64,000 nucleotides of DNA, taken from Patescibacteria group bacterium (lineage in GTDB: Bacteria; Patescibacteriota; Microgenomatia; UBA8517). Of the stretch, positions 1 through 9,541 are shown piece by piece. The position numbers and the translations under genes are program-made. The stretch covers positions 5,447 to 69,446 of the forward strand of contig JAOAEL010000003.1 in the NCBI GenBank assembly GCA_026416845.1. The letters run 5' to 3'. The number at the start of each line of letters is the position of its first letter. Position 1 is the stretch's first letter. The notes below the pieces were generated by a model. The model did not search any database. It worked only from the letters and a program-made list of their open reading frames with translations, and was not told the DNA's origin.

Positions 1-171
1 ATCGGTGCTTTTTCCATCTATTACTACAACATCAACAATCTTTGAATATTTTTTAATTTTCGACAACTGTCTAATTAATCTATTTCCTTCATTTACAACC
101 GGTATCAATAAAACATAATCTTTATTTTTTTCTTTATTGAATAAAAAAAACTCGGCCTGCAAATGATGCAT
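1..171 (-). CDS. Glycosyltransferase family 2, N-terminal part (runs off the window edge)
   Basis: Manual translation from ATG at 171: MHHLQAEFFLFNKEKNKDYVLLIPVVNEG...VDVVVIDGKSTD, matching the GT2 N-terminal IPxxNE and VVDxxSTD motifs. Not in the ORF track. Confidence 0.8.
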   Translation of the reverse strand, partial: MHHLQAEFFLFNKEKNKDYVLLIPVVNEGNRLIRQLSKIKKYSKIVDVVVIDGKSTD

Positions 172-186
172 TTTTCTCTAAATTAA

Positions 187-1854
187 TTAGTTAAAACCTG
201 CAAAAACCATTTCAATTTTGTCAATTGGCAAAGCAACAGCATAAGCATTAGAATAATAGCCTTGATTTTCGCTAGGATATAAAATTGCAAACTCTTCAGA
301 TCGCAATCTCAAAAAAACTTCCCCTAAATGAAAATTGCTCCACCCAAGGCTTAACAACCAAACTCTAGTGGGCAAATAATCAATCTTGGAAATTCCATAT
401 TCATAAGAAGACTTATAATGATCTTGTATGTTATGAACAAAACCCCAATCGTTACTAAAATATATTGGAACCTTTCCTAAAAAAGTAGTCTGACCAAAAT
501 CGCTTACAAAATCTTTTGTACTCAAACCTCCATTCAAATATCCAAAAAATAATCCAGTTTGACGATCACAAATAATAATATCCTTATCTTGAATATTAAT
601 ATTTAAAAAATCAAGGTAATTTTGAACCTGAGATTTTGTAACACTAAATTCCATACTTGCAATCAAATTGTCCCTATAGAAATTATTACTAATTGCAAAA
701 AACAAATTAAACAAAATCATGAAAATCAAACCGGCTGAACAAACAAATTCACTTTTTGCAGACAAAGCCCCTGCAAGCCAAATTAATAAACGCACTAAAC
801 CAAAACTCGTAATTAACATCATTGGAATGTAAATATGAATAGCATGCCTTGTCCCTGAAAAAGGATAAAGTTTATACATTGTCATAAAAACTTGCAAAAT
901 TAAAACTATTAAAAAAACCAACAACAATTTGTAATCTCTGTCCTTCAAAAAATTCCAAAAACCAAACAAAAAAGCAAATATAACAAAAATCAATATTGCT
1001 AAATGGTCAAAATTATACAAAGGAATACTAAAATAAGAAAAAATCATGATAAAAGAATTTAAAAATTCTAAAAATCTGCTAGGATAACCAGTAGCAAGCC
1101 ATTCCATTCTCGCAGATCTTTGATGTGTCGAAGACAAAGCCCATTGCGACTGCCCCTGATATAAAAAAGAAAAAGCTAGAAAAGAAATAATCAATAAACA
1201 AAATAAACCAAACGCCACCAAATAACTCTTCTTAAATTTTGAAACTGCAAAAATAGGTAAAATATAAACAACTTGAAAAGCAAAAAGCGTGATTAACATT
1301 AAATAATGACCTGTAACACTAATAAAGCCAAAAAACAAATGCAACCACAAATCTTTTGAAGCTTTGCTTTTTGAAAACCTAACTAAATAATAAATTGAAA
1401 TTTCTAAAAACAGCAAAGACAACATGTATTGCCTCAAGGACTGCGAAACTAAAATTAAACCATAACCAAAAGCTGAGAAAAAACAAAATATAATAGCAAC
1501 TTTTTTATCGAACATTTCTTTAGCTAAAAAATAAGACAAAGGTATAAGAAAAACACCCGGTATTAAGGAAACAAAGCGTAAAAATAAGTCATTGAAGTTT
1601 AAACTTAGAAGAATTTTAAGAAAAATATAAACAAGTGGAGGGTGTGTATCTACGGAATTTCTTTCTATAAAATCACCAAACGAATTAGCGCTTGCAATTG
1701 TCAACCTAATAATATCATCAGCCGAAAAATGATATTCCCATATACCCCAAAATCTGAAATAAGCGCCCAAAATAGTTAGCAAAAAAACAAGTGCCAGTTG
1801 ATTACCTAAAATTGGAAAAACTCTCAATAAAATTTTCAAAAAAAATTTTTTCAT
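187..1854 (-). CDS. GT-C fold membrane glycosyltransferase (PMT_2/ArnT-like)
   Basis: Many TM segments; first-loop acidic motif FSADD, then DTHPPL, LRFVS and SQSLRQYML, typical of GT39/GT83-like proteins. Confidence 0.75.
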   Translation of the reverse strand: MKKFFLKILLRVFPILGNQLALVFLLTILGAYFRFWGIWEYHFSADDIIRLTIASANSFGDFIERNSVDTHPPLVYIFLKILLSLNFNDLFLRFVSLIPGVFLIPLSYFLAKEMFDKKVAIIFCFFSAFGYGLILVSQSLRQYMLSLLFLEISIYYLVRFSKSKASKDLWLHLFFGFISVTGHYLMLITLFAFQVVYILPIFAVSKFKKSYLVAFGLFCLLIISFLAFSFLYQGQSQWALSSTHQRSARMEWLATGYPSRFLEFLNSFIMIFSYFSIPLYNFDHLAILIFVIFAFLFGFWNFLKDRDYKLLLVFLIVLILQVFMTMYKLYPFSGTRHAIHIYIPMMLITSFGLVRLLIWLAGALSAKSEFVCSAGLIFMILFNLFFAISNNFYRDNLIASMEFSVTKSQVQNYLDFLNINIQDKDIIICDRQTGLFFGYLNGGLSTKDFVSDFGQTTFLGKVPIYFSNDWGFVHNIQDHYKSSYEYGISKIDYLPTRVWLLSLGWSNFHLGEVFLRLRSEEFAILYPSENQGYYSNAYAVALPIDKIEMVFAGFN

Positions 1855-2332
1855 TTTTATTAGCTAGTAAACTTAAAACTTCATATTTATCAACCCATCT
1901 AACTTCAGATGTCTCATATCCAAAACCTTGAGGCAAATCACATTCCCATTTCATCAAATAAAAGGTAACAAATTTTAATACACGATAACCATTTTTGTCA
2001 TTAAAAGAATATTTGATAGTGCCTAACTTTTTTATTATTCTAGCTTCGATTCCAGCTTCTTCTTTCACTTCTCTGATCGCGGCTTCACGAATTTCTTCTT
2101 CTGTTGCTTTTTTAGCGCCAGATGCCAAAGGGCCAGGCATTCCATTGCCAGCATCATCTAACCAACCTTTTGGAAAACGCCAGTAGTTTTCAGGGAAAAA
2201 CGCGCTTGGTGTTGCTTTTGTAACTAACCAAAGAATACTAGAGGAATCAAATTCATTACCTGTTTTGTAAACTATTCCACCAGCAGAAAATTCTCTTCTA
2301 AATTTCTTCTTGAAACTCTTCTTCAATTTCAT
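1802..2332 (-). CDS. NUDIX hydrolase (Ap4A hydrolase/MutT-like)
   Basis: REFSAGG strand, FPKG, and an intact Nudix box AAIREVKEEAG. Likely start is the ATG at 2332; the ORF track extends to 2374. Confidence 0.85.
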   Translation of the reverse strand: MKLKKSFKKKFRREFSAGGIVYKTGNEFDSSSILWLVTKATPSAFFPENYWRFPKGWLDDAGNGMPGPLASGAKKATEEEIREAAIREVKEEAGIEARIIKKLGTIKYSFNDKNGYRVLKFVTFYLMKWECDLPQGFGYETSEVRWVDKYEVLSLLANKNEKIFFENFIESFSNFR

Positions 2333-2798
2333 CTTTTGGAAATTCCTCTTCTTCGTCAAAATTATAATTCGCATTTTGCTTTTTCCATACCTTAAAAGTG
2401 TCTCTCGCGTTTTTTAACATTGACAAATCATTTTTATTGTTCAATTTTTTCAAAGCTTTTGCGTAATCACACCAAGAAGATTCAAAAAAGCCAACTGCTT
2501 CTTTGCCTACATGTTTGGCAAGCAACAAATAATAAATAACTTTTTTAGGAATAGTTTTGCCATTTAAATTTGTAAATGTGTCTAACCTTCCAACTTCTTC
2601 TAAAACCTTAGCATTTATATTTGCCTGTTGACTAATAATACGCAATGCAGCCCTAACTGAAGACTCCCCTTTTCTAACAAGCACATGTGGAAATTCCCAA
2701 TTACTGTTTTCAAGAGTTTTTACTAAAAACCAAAGCAATTTATTATTCTCTTCCTTGCAAACTATTGTAACTGTTTCCAAAACTAAGTTTTTATTCAT
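2298..2798 (-). CDS. NUDIX-fold protein with a degenerate Nudix box
   Basis: WEFP...RKGESSVRAALRIISQQAN lacks the catalytic Glu residues; acidic C-terminal tail. Start moved to ATG 2798 because the longer ORF overlaps the tRNA. Confidence 0.7.
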   Translation of the reverse strand: MNKNLVLETVTIVCKEENNKLLWFLVKTLENSNWEFPHVLVRKGESSVRAALRIISQQANINAKVLEEVGRLDTFTNLNGKTIPKKVIYYLLLAKHVGKEAVGFFESSWCDYAKALKKLNNKNDLSMLKNARDTFKVWKKQNANYNFDEEEEFPKDEIEEEFQEEI

Positions 2799-2867
2799 TG
2801 ACACTTCAATGTTATTATACAACAAATTTAAATTACCAACAAAACGAATATCACAAATTAAAAACTG

Positions 2868-2939
2868 AGCGCTCGGGCAGAATCGAACTGCCATTAATAG
2901 TTCCGGAAACTATTGCTTTATCCATTAAGCTACGAGCGC
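2868..2939 (-). tRNA. tRNA-Arg(CCG)
   Basis: Reverse complement folds as a cloverleaf: acceptor GCGCTCG/CGAGCGC, anticodon arm ATAGT-TTCCGGA-ACTAT, T-loop GTTCGATTC. Confidence 0.95.
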
Positions 2940-3002
2940 TTAATAATTTCCAAAATAAATAAAGTTCAACATTGCAAAATTAAAACTTACACAAAAAAGA
3001 TC

Positions 3003-3476
3003 TTACCGTTGCAATGCAAGAAGGTCAAAAAAAACATCTTTTGGATGGCTCCGAGGATCTACATTCTCATAAATTTTAACAATTCTTCCTTGAGGATCAA
3101 TTAAAAAAGACTTGCGAGCAACACTCTCATATTCTTTACCTATGAATTTTTCCTTTTGCCAAACACCATAAATTTTAACTACATTTTTTTCAAAATCTGA
3201 AAGAAGTGTAAAAGGCAATTTATATTTTTCTTTAAATTTTCTATGACTTTCAATAGAATCGGTGCTAACACCTAAAATAACCGTATTAATCTTCTCAAAG
3301 TCAGGAAAAACATCACGCAAACCACAAGCTTCCTTTGTGCATCCGGGAGTATCATCCTTTGGATAAAAATACAACAAAACCCAACGTCCTTTGTAATCTG
3401 ACAATTCGTGCTTTTTCCCAGCGTCATCAAGAAGGGCAAAATTAGGAGCAACAGAATTTATTTTTAACAAAGACAT
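3003..3476 (-). CDS. bcp: Thioredoxin-dependent thiol peroxidase (Bcp/PrxQ)
   Basis: YFYPKDDTPGCTKEAC signature. Confidence 0.95.
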   Translation of the reverse strand: MSLLKINSVAPNFALLDDAGKKHELSDYKGRWVLLYFYPKDDTPGCTKEACGLRDVFPDFEKINTVILGVSTDSIESHRKFKEKYKLPFTLLSDFEKNVVKIYGVWQKEKFIGKEYESVARKSFLIDPQGRIVKIYENVDPRSHPKDVFFDLLALQR

Positions 3477-3481
3477 AAAAT

Positions 3482-4000
3482 TTATTTAATATGTTCAATT
3501 AACTTATCAAACATTTCATCAATTTTTTTGTCCCACTTCATATCTTTGATTTGACCAATATCATCAAAAAGCTGATCAACATTAGAAAAATAAACACTTG
3601 CCCCCAAAACTGTCATCTGCAAAGCGTTCAAAACAAGCTTAAGCTGTTCGACCATTCTAGCTCCACCAAAAATGCCACTAGATACACCACAAATAGCAAC
3701 AACTTTCCCGGCATAAGCCTCATATTCACTATCAAGAAGCATTTTAAGCTCTCCAGGATACCCATGATTATATTCTGGAGAGATTATTACAATAGCATCT
3801 GATATTGAAACAATTGACTTCCATTTGGTTAACTTGTTTTTGGGCAAACCAAAAGTTTTACTTTGCAAAAAATCCATAACATCAACTGCCAATGGTTCAA
3901 AGTCGGAACGCTTTCGAGCCAAAGACAAAACATAATCAAAAACTTTTTTACTGGCCCTACCTTTTCTAGCGGTGCCTAGAATAAACAAAATTTTCTTCAT
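3482..4000 (-). CDS. NADPH-dependent FMN reductase
   Basis: GTARKGRAS, PEYNHGYPGELK and SSGIFGGAR flavodoxin-like motifs. Confidence 0.9.
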   Translation of the reverse strand: MKKILFILGTARKGRASKKVFDYVLSLARKRSDFEPLAVDVMDFLQSKTFGLPKNKLTKWKSIVSISDAIVIISPEYNHGYPGELKMLLDSEYEAYAGKVVAICGVSSGIFGGARMVEQLKLVLNALQMTVLGASVYFSNVDQLFDDIGQIKDMKWDKKIDEMFDKLIEHIK

Positions 4001-4568
4001 AAATCACAAAAACAACCGATTTTACTCACAAAGCTAACAAGCATAACTATTCAATTATATTTACAATTTTTATTAATAAATTTTAATTAAAATTACCAAA
4101 AAACAAATTAAAAAACAAATTGCCAGCTAACTTCAAAAAATATTTCTAGCAATAAAGCAATTTTTTAGATAACGGAACTTGTTTTGTAAAAATAACATTA
4201 TTAAAAAATTAGCAAAAAATAAATTTTTTAAATCTTACAACCGTTATTGGTGCAAAACAACACTTATCAGCTTGTAGTATTTAAAAAAACCGAATCAATT
4301 TGATCAACAAAACCGGCAACAATCTAAACCTCTTCAATATTTTAGCTTTCCAAGCTACCCTGAAAAGCAAGCAAAAAAAGAACAACTTTAATCTGCTTAT
4401 TAATTACAACCAACAAAATTTCATAGATTTTTCCAAATTCTGTCCCAGATTTATCTTTAATATAAAATTAAGCTAGAAATTAAAAATAAAAACTGTAACC
4501 AGTGATTAAAGTAAATTCAGGTTTCTTTGAATTGGACAACGCATTTTTGCCTATCTTTTTACAAAAGT

Positions 4569-5330
4569 TTATACAATTTGATTTGTGATCGATTCAACGA
4601 TCGGAACAGCATGGGAAATTGCAAAATTGTCTGTAGACATGTGTGTCAGAAACAGGAATTTTGAAGGTATCTAAAGGAAGCCTGCAATCTTATACATTCA
4701 CGCGGGGTAAGTTTTCTCTAGTTTTTTTATGCAAAATTAGAATTTGACGTCAGTCTTTATAATATCTGGCAAATAAGGTTCGTGAATAGCTGTTGAGATT
4801 TGCCAAGCCAAAACCAAAACATTACCTTTTGCTTTGTGTTTTTTAGTATATGCACGCAGATATCTCCAAGTGAGGTTTGTCAGTGTATATTTTTCTGGAA
4901 CATCTTTTTCCAATATATCTTTGATGGCCAGTTTTTTATCGTGTATTTCGGGAAAAGAAAAACTTAAATTTCTATCTCTGAAACCAACTATAAAAATTTT
5001 TCTTTGTGTTGTGGAATAATAACCTTTGCACTTATATGATAAAAAATATACCAAACCTTCCAAGGTCTCTTTTATTACAGAAAAAGTTATGCCATTATCC
5101 TGTCTTTCAAGATTCTCTACGTTTTCCGAGAAAAAGTCTTTGTTTTTTTTCTCTCTGATTATTCCTACTATTTCGTAAAATAAAGTTCCTTGCGCTTGGT
5201 CTGCAAAACCGTTCGGTCTGTCAAGACTATTCTTTTTTGATATGCCGGAAATAGAAAAAGATTAACAAGTGAACCTAACAAAATATCAAGTTCAGAAATT
5301 TCAGACGTAGAACTTTTTCTAATATCTCCT
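4569..5330 (-). pseudogene. dcm: Decayed C5-cytosine DNA methyltransferase (Dcm/M.EcoRII/M.SsoII-like)
   Basis: Across several frameshifts and stops it reads GDIRK, GFTC*SFSISG (motif IV), QGTLFYEI, FLENV (motif VI), IFIVGFR (motif VIII), KHKAKGN-FGFGL, RTLFARYYKD, KLTPRECIRLQ (motif IX) and IPVSDTHVYRQF (motif X). Motif I is missing. Confidence 0.88.
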
Positions 5331-6050
5331 AGCAAAAAACCACCTCCCCCAAAGCCAATAAATCTTGAGATATACTCATTAGAAACAAATTAACATTATA
5401 CAGATCATTAAGCGTTTTTTTAAACACACCTTTAATAAAACCTATGCAGAAAATTTAGTTCAACAGTAATTCAACTAATATCTTTTCATCTAACTTTCTT
5501 ACTTTATCTACAACTTCATTATCCCAATTTCCACCATAACTTGCCCTTCCTCTTTCTCCTTCCCATTTCTTAAAAAATTCAAGTGGGTTTTTAGGTGTAA
5601 AATTACCATTCTCAAAGTTGAAAAATACCCAACCTATATTTTCAAAAAGTCTTTTTTCTATTTCGTGATACGGAAGGCCGCCATCTTTTGTGAAAGGTAT
5701 TGCATAGACAACACCTATACCTGCATTATTCAAAAATTCAGCAATTGCATGAAAGGGACGGTAGGAGTTGCCGAGAAATTTTTTGTAATCGGCGGATTTT
5801 ATTTCTTTTTCGGTGATAACAGATTGGTGAATGAAAAAAGAAAATCTGAATTTATAAAAATCAAGACTTTTGGATGCAAGCAGCCAGCAACCCGGTAAAA
5901 ATTTATCTCTACCATTTCTTCCGAATAAACCATTTCTTCCGAATAAATCTTTCCCGATTTCCTTCAAAAGTATTGACTGAACCAATAAACATTTAGCCTT
6001 ATTTCTTGGTTAAAATCCTGAAGAATTTTTACAATTTTGTTATTATCCAT
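5330..6050 (-). pseudogene. Disrupted gene, probably the restriction endonuclease of the decayed RM system
   Basis: ATG at 6050 frameshifts into the 5455-5985 ORF. That frame continues past an in-frame TAA (LLN*IFCIGFIKGVFKK...). It sits between the XRE and MTase remnants. The function is inferred from context only. Confidence 0.5.
5911..5946. repeat. 18-bp tandem duplication
   Basis: accatttcttccgaataa occurs twice, giving LFGRNG-LFGRNG in the ORF. Confidence 0.85.
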
Positions 6051-6054
6051 AATT

Positions 6055-6261
6055 CTACTTTATTAATTCATCAATTTTAATCCCAAGCCCATTTGCGATT
6101 TTTGCAACTGTATGAATTGAGGGTTTGGTTATAACATTGCTTTCAATTTTGGTTAGTGTCGTATAGGGGAGATCGGATTTTCTCGCCAATTTGTCCTGAT
6201 CTAATCCCTACTTATTTCTAATTTTTAAACTGTTTTATCTTATTTTCATTAATGGTTTCAT
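6055..6261 (-). pseudogene. XRE-family HTH regulator (RM controller-like) with two in-frame stops
   Basis: Manual translation: MKPLMKIR*NSLKIRNK*GLDQDKLARKSDLPYTTLTKIESNVITKPSIHTVAKIANGLGIKIDELIK*. Confidence 0.85.
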
Positions 6262-6480
6262 TTAATTATTGTTTTGACTTTTTATAGTTCAAAGCATGAT
6301 AGTACTAGTATAAATGCTTATCAAAAACACTAAAAGATTTTACAAGTTTCATAAAAAATGGGCAAAACTGGATCCTGATCTTCCGTTTCGCGAAACAAAG
6401 GCAAAAAACTCAATTTTGCACCTAAAATCGGCTGAAAATTTATCACGAATGGCGAACTCAATTTCATTTCTTCTAACTTG

Positions 6481-6566
6481 CGGAGGTGGCGGGATTCGAA
6501 CCCGCGGGACTCTATTCGAGTCGAGGTTTAGCAAACCTCTGCCATAGGCCTCTAGGCGACACCTCC
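6481..6566 (-). tRNA. tRNA-Ser(GCT)
   Basis: Acceptor GGAGGTG/CACCTCC, anticodon arm GAGGT-TTGCTAA-ACCTC, long variable arm, GGTTCGAATCC. Confidence 0.96.
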
Positions 6567-6652
6567 AATAACTTTTAACTAAAAACTGCTAAAACTAAGA
6601 CATTATATCAAAACTACTTGTAACATAACCTACAAAATGTATAATGGTAACT

Positions 6653-7249
6653 ATGCCATCCCAAGAAAAAACAAATTCTTCTACAAATGAAAAAGACAGT
6701 GAACCAATTAAAAAAAATAAATCTGAAGAAGTAGAAATTTTTTCTTGGGAAGGACCCAATATACCAGTTGTTAAGTACAATAAAGAGTTTTGGCTTTCAG
6801 CGGTAGTTATAGGAGGAATAATAAGTTTAATACTTTATATAACTGAAGGAATAATACCCGTAATATTAATTATTGCCTTAGGCTTTTTCTATTTCGTTCT
6901 TTCTTCAGTAAAACCTGAAACATTAAAATTTTCAATCACTAACAAAGGTATCAAAATTCAAGAGAATTTAATTGAGTGGAATTATTTGTACAGATATTGG
7001 TTTTCATATTGGATGGGAAACACAATACTTGTATTTCAAACATCTAGGTTTGGCGGTAGATTAGAAATTGTTATAAACAAAGATGATAAAAATAAAATAA
7101 GACAAGCACTTAGTGATTATGTTTATGAAGAACAAAATACACCAAGCAACATAGATAAACTTGCAACCTGGTTTTCCGAAAACATCGATCGAAAAAAAGC
7201 AAAATTACAACAAAACAACCAAGAATTAGCAAATAAAGCAAATAAATAG
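6653..7249 (+). CDS. Hypothetical membrane protein (two TM segments plus PH-like domain; DUF5673-like, common in CPR)
   Basis: Hydrophobic hairpin followed by FSITNKGIKI...IEWNYL. TATAAT 7 nt before ATG 6653 favours this start over 6644. Confidence 0.65.
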   Translation: MPSQEKTNSSTNEKDSEPIKKNKSEEVEIFSWEGPNIPVVKYNKEFWLSAVVIGGIISLILYITEGIIPVILIIALGFFYFVLSSVKPETLKFSITNKGIKIQENLIEWNYLYRYWFSYWMGNTILVFQTSRFGGRLEIVINKDDKNKIRQALSDYVYEEQNTPSNIDKLATWFSENIDRKKAKLQQNNQELANKANK

Positions 7250-7466
7250 TACACTTTAATTCTAATCCTTTTCAAACTTATTAAACACAAAATTAAAAAA
7301 ACGATAAATTCTTACTAAATGTTATTTTAATTTGATAAGCTTACCAGTTAACAAATTTATTTCGCTTTAATATTAGTTATAGCGTACTTGCAATAATAAA
7401 TAGGCAACAATAAGGTTGTACTATAAGATAAGCATCGTTCCTAAACAAATATAAACCAAAGACGGT

Positions 7467-9080
7467 TTAAGCAACTTCAATACCTCTTTGTTGCAAAAAA
7501 TATTCAAGTTCGAGCAAATTTGTAATATAACGAAGATTGTTGTCCTCTAAATATCTTCCTTCCCTATCCTCTTTTAAATCATTGATTATCCTGTCTCTGA
7601 ATATATAACCTTTCTCGCCAAGAAGGGAGTTTTCAAGTAAATTGAGGATAAAATCCTTTTTGTCAGTTAAAAATCTGCCGTAATGTTCTTCTGTGCCTAC
7701 CTTTTCTTTGAATTGCGAATCCACAAAAATATCTCTTCTTCTTTTCAGCAAATCTCGCTTTGAAACATCCTTAATAGTATCAAAAGGAACCATGCTTGTA
7801 ACCTCTATCACCCGTGTGTCTACAAAAGGAGAAATTGGCCACACATTCGCCTCCCAAACAAAGGGGAACATTATGACCGAAAGGTAAGTAGCTGATTGGG
7901 GTATTACTGAGGCGTACGGAACCTTTTTTCTGAATCTTCCTCGATCGAGAAGAATACCTAGTGCTTTGTCTGTAAGCATACCCCCCACACCCTCTTGTGC
8001 CATAGATTGATACCTAAAGTAACTAGTATGAATCGGGAACTTAACTTTTAACCTTAATGACTTTCTTGTAGACCAGTAAGCCTCGTCACCTCCTTCGCCA
8101 TTGAAGCGAACATTAATCCCATCCTTCTTAATAAACTTAAAAAACGCATCAACCTGAGATTTTTGTATGTAACTTGGCCCTTCTTGCAAGATAAAATTCA
8201 GATCTTCTTTTGTAGAGAAAGGAAATATCTCATCGTACTCAAAAAATTTAACTTTTAACCCATGCTTTTTTGCAAAATCAAGCACAATTGCTGGATCAGT
8301 ATCACCATATGCAAATTTAGATATTTCGCTATAGCACATAAGTTCTCCTTTGTGGTTTTTGGATAGCAAATAGCATATAAGGGAACTGTCAAAACCAGAT
8401 GATATATCCGCACAAACCAAATGCTCGTTTTTTAGAGCCTTTAATCTGTCTTTAACAGATTCTTCAAGGGTAAAAATAAACCAATCGATAAATTCTTCTT
8501 TACTCTCGAACGTTTTCTTACTTTCTATGATTTTTTCATTCCTAAAAAGAGAAATAATTTCACATTTACCATTTTTAAACCTTGCTAGCATACCCGGAGG
8601 CAAAAGCCAAAGATTTTTGATGATTGTTGCCTTCCTTATCGAAGTATCACCTAATATAAACTCCAAAGCTCCCTCGATATCAAGAGATGGCTTGGCTATT
8701 GAACCAAGCACATCACGAAAAGATGTAGAAACCACAAATCCCTTACTGTTTTCGTACACATAACACGGGAATCTCCCAGTTTGGTCACTCAAAATCAAAA
8801 AATCTTTCTTCCTGGTATCAATTAAGAAAATAACAAAGTTTGCATTCAGATTTGCCACCTCGTGAAAGCCGTTATTCTCCAACAAAAGATTTGCCAACTT
8901 ATCAAGACTTATTTTGGGAAAATAAGATACAAAGTAACCTCCTAACACCATCTCTTCTCTTTTTACAAGAAACCTCTCAGGAAAGCTGTTACTAGGCAAT
9001 GTAACCTTTGACAAAAGGTAATCAATATCCTTAGTTTGCAATTCTTCCCAACTAATTTGAAAGTAAAAATGTTTTCTCAT
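7467..9080 (-). CDS. Asparagine-synthetase-like ATP-dependent amide ligase (lasso-peptide cyclase-like)
   Basis: PP-loop ADISSGFDSSLI, NGEGGDE and SPFVDTRV motifs. The Ntn domain is degenerate (SDQTGRFPCY) and lacks the N-terminal catalytic Cys of true AsnB. Confidence 0.75.
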   Translation of the reverse strand: MRKHFYFQISWEELQTKDIDYLLSKVTLPSNSFPERFLVKREEMVLGGYFVSYFPKISLDKLANLLLENNGFHEVANLNANFVIFLIDTRKKDFLILSDQTGRFPCYVYENSKGFVVSTSFRDVLGSIAKPSLDIEGALEFILGDTSIRKATIIKNLWLLPPGMLARFKNGKCEIISLFRNEKIIESKKTFESKEEFIDWFIFTLEESVKDRLKALKNEHLVCADISSGFDSSLICYLLSKNHKGELMCYSEISKFAYGDTDPAIVLDFAKKHGLKVKFFEYDEIFPFSTKEDLNFILQEGPSYIQKSQVDAFFKFIKKDGINVRFNGEGGDEAYWSTRKSLRLKVKFPIHTSYFRYQSMAQEGVGGMLTDKALGILLDRGRFRKKVPYASVIPQSATYLSVIMFPFVWEANVWPISPFVDTRVIEVTSMVPFDTIKDVSKRDLLKRRRDIFVDSQFKEKVGTEEHYGRFLTDKKDFILNLLENSLLGEKGYIFRDRIINDLKEDREGRYLEDNNLRYITNLLELEYFLQQRGIEVA

Positions 9081-9087
9081 CTTTCAG

Positions 9088-9378
9088 CTATTTTTCAATT
9101 ATTATACCTTCGCTAATCATCAGGTCGATAAAATCTCTAACTTTTGTTTCATCTAACCCACATTTCAAAAGCACTTCCTCTAAACTAACCCCGGGAAACT
9201 CATAAATAAATCTTATGACTTTGTAACCCAAAGGCGAAACTTCAATGTGGCTCCACGAGCGATAACTATAAACTACACTAAAGTACCCATTAAGACTATC
9301 CAAATAGTCATCAAAAAATACAGAACGATCGTTGACAAATAAGCACATAAAGTTTTTCCTCTGAAAATAGTAGGCCAC
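9088..9378 (-). CDS. Small PqqD/RRE-like winged-helix protein
   Basis: N-terminal beta strands, then IEVSPLGYKVIRFI...VSLEEV...VRDFIDLMISEGII, the typical RRE wHTH pattern. Lies 7 nt upstream of the AsnB-like gene. Confidence 0.6.
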   Translation of the reverse strand: MAYYFQRKNFMCLFVNDRSVFFDDYLDSLNGYFSVVYSYRSWSHIEVSPLGYKVIRFIYEFPGVSLEEVLLKCGLDETKVRDFIDLMISEGIIIEK

Positions 9379-9440
9379 AAGTCATAAAATAGGCAATTAA
9401 AATTAAGCTAATTTGAAAAAAACAAAAACACACAAATCTG

Positions 9441-9512
9441 TGGGCCTTGATGGAGTCGAACCATCCTCTGGACTTTATAAGAATCCCGTCCTAACCGATG
9501 AACGAAAGGCCC
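9441..9512 (-). tRNA. tRNA-Ile(TAT)
   Basis: GGGCCTT TC GTTC ATCGGTTA GGAC G GGATT CTTATAA AGTCC AGAG GATGG TTCGACT CCATC AAGGCCC A; anticodon TAT. Confidence 0.92.
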
Positions 9513-9541
9513 TTGCACAAAGCCAATTATATCAAAAAAGA

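Noticed and set aside
4001-4568. Long AT-rich spacer beside the RM remnant
   Set aside because: No recognisable coding remnant, att duplication or repeat array.
6314-6547. ORFs 6314-6547(+) and 6349-6534(-)
   Set aside because: Both overlap tRNA-Ser and show no integrase or other motif; treated as spurious.
7250-7466. Spacer downstream of the cyclase-like gene, searched for a precursor or att repeat
   Set aside because: Only 3-4 codon ATG ORFs; no copy of the tRNA-Ile 3' end seen.
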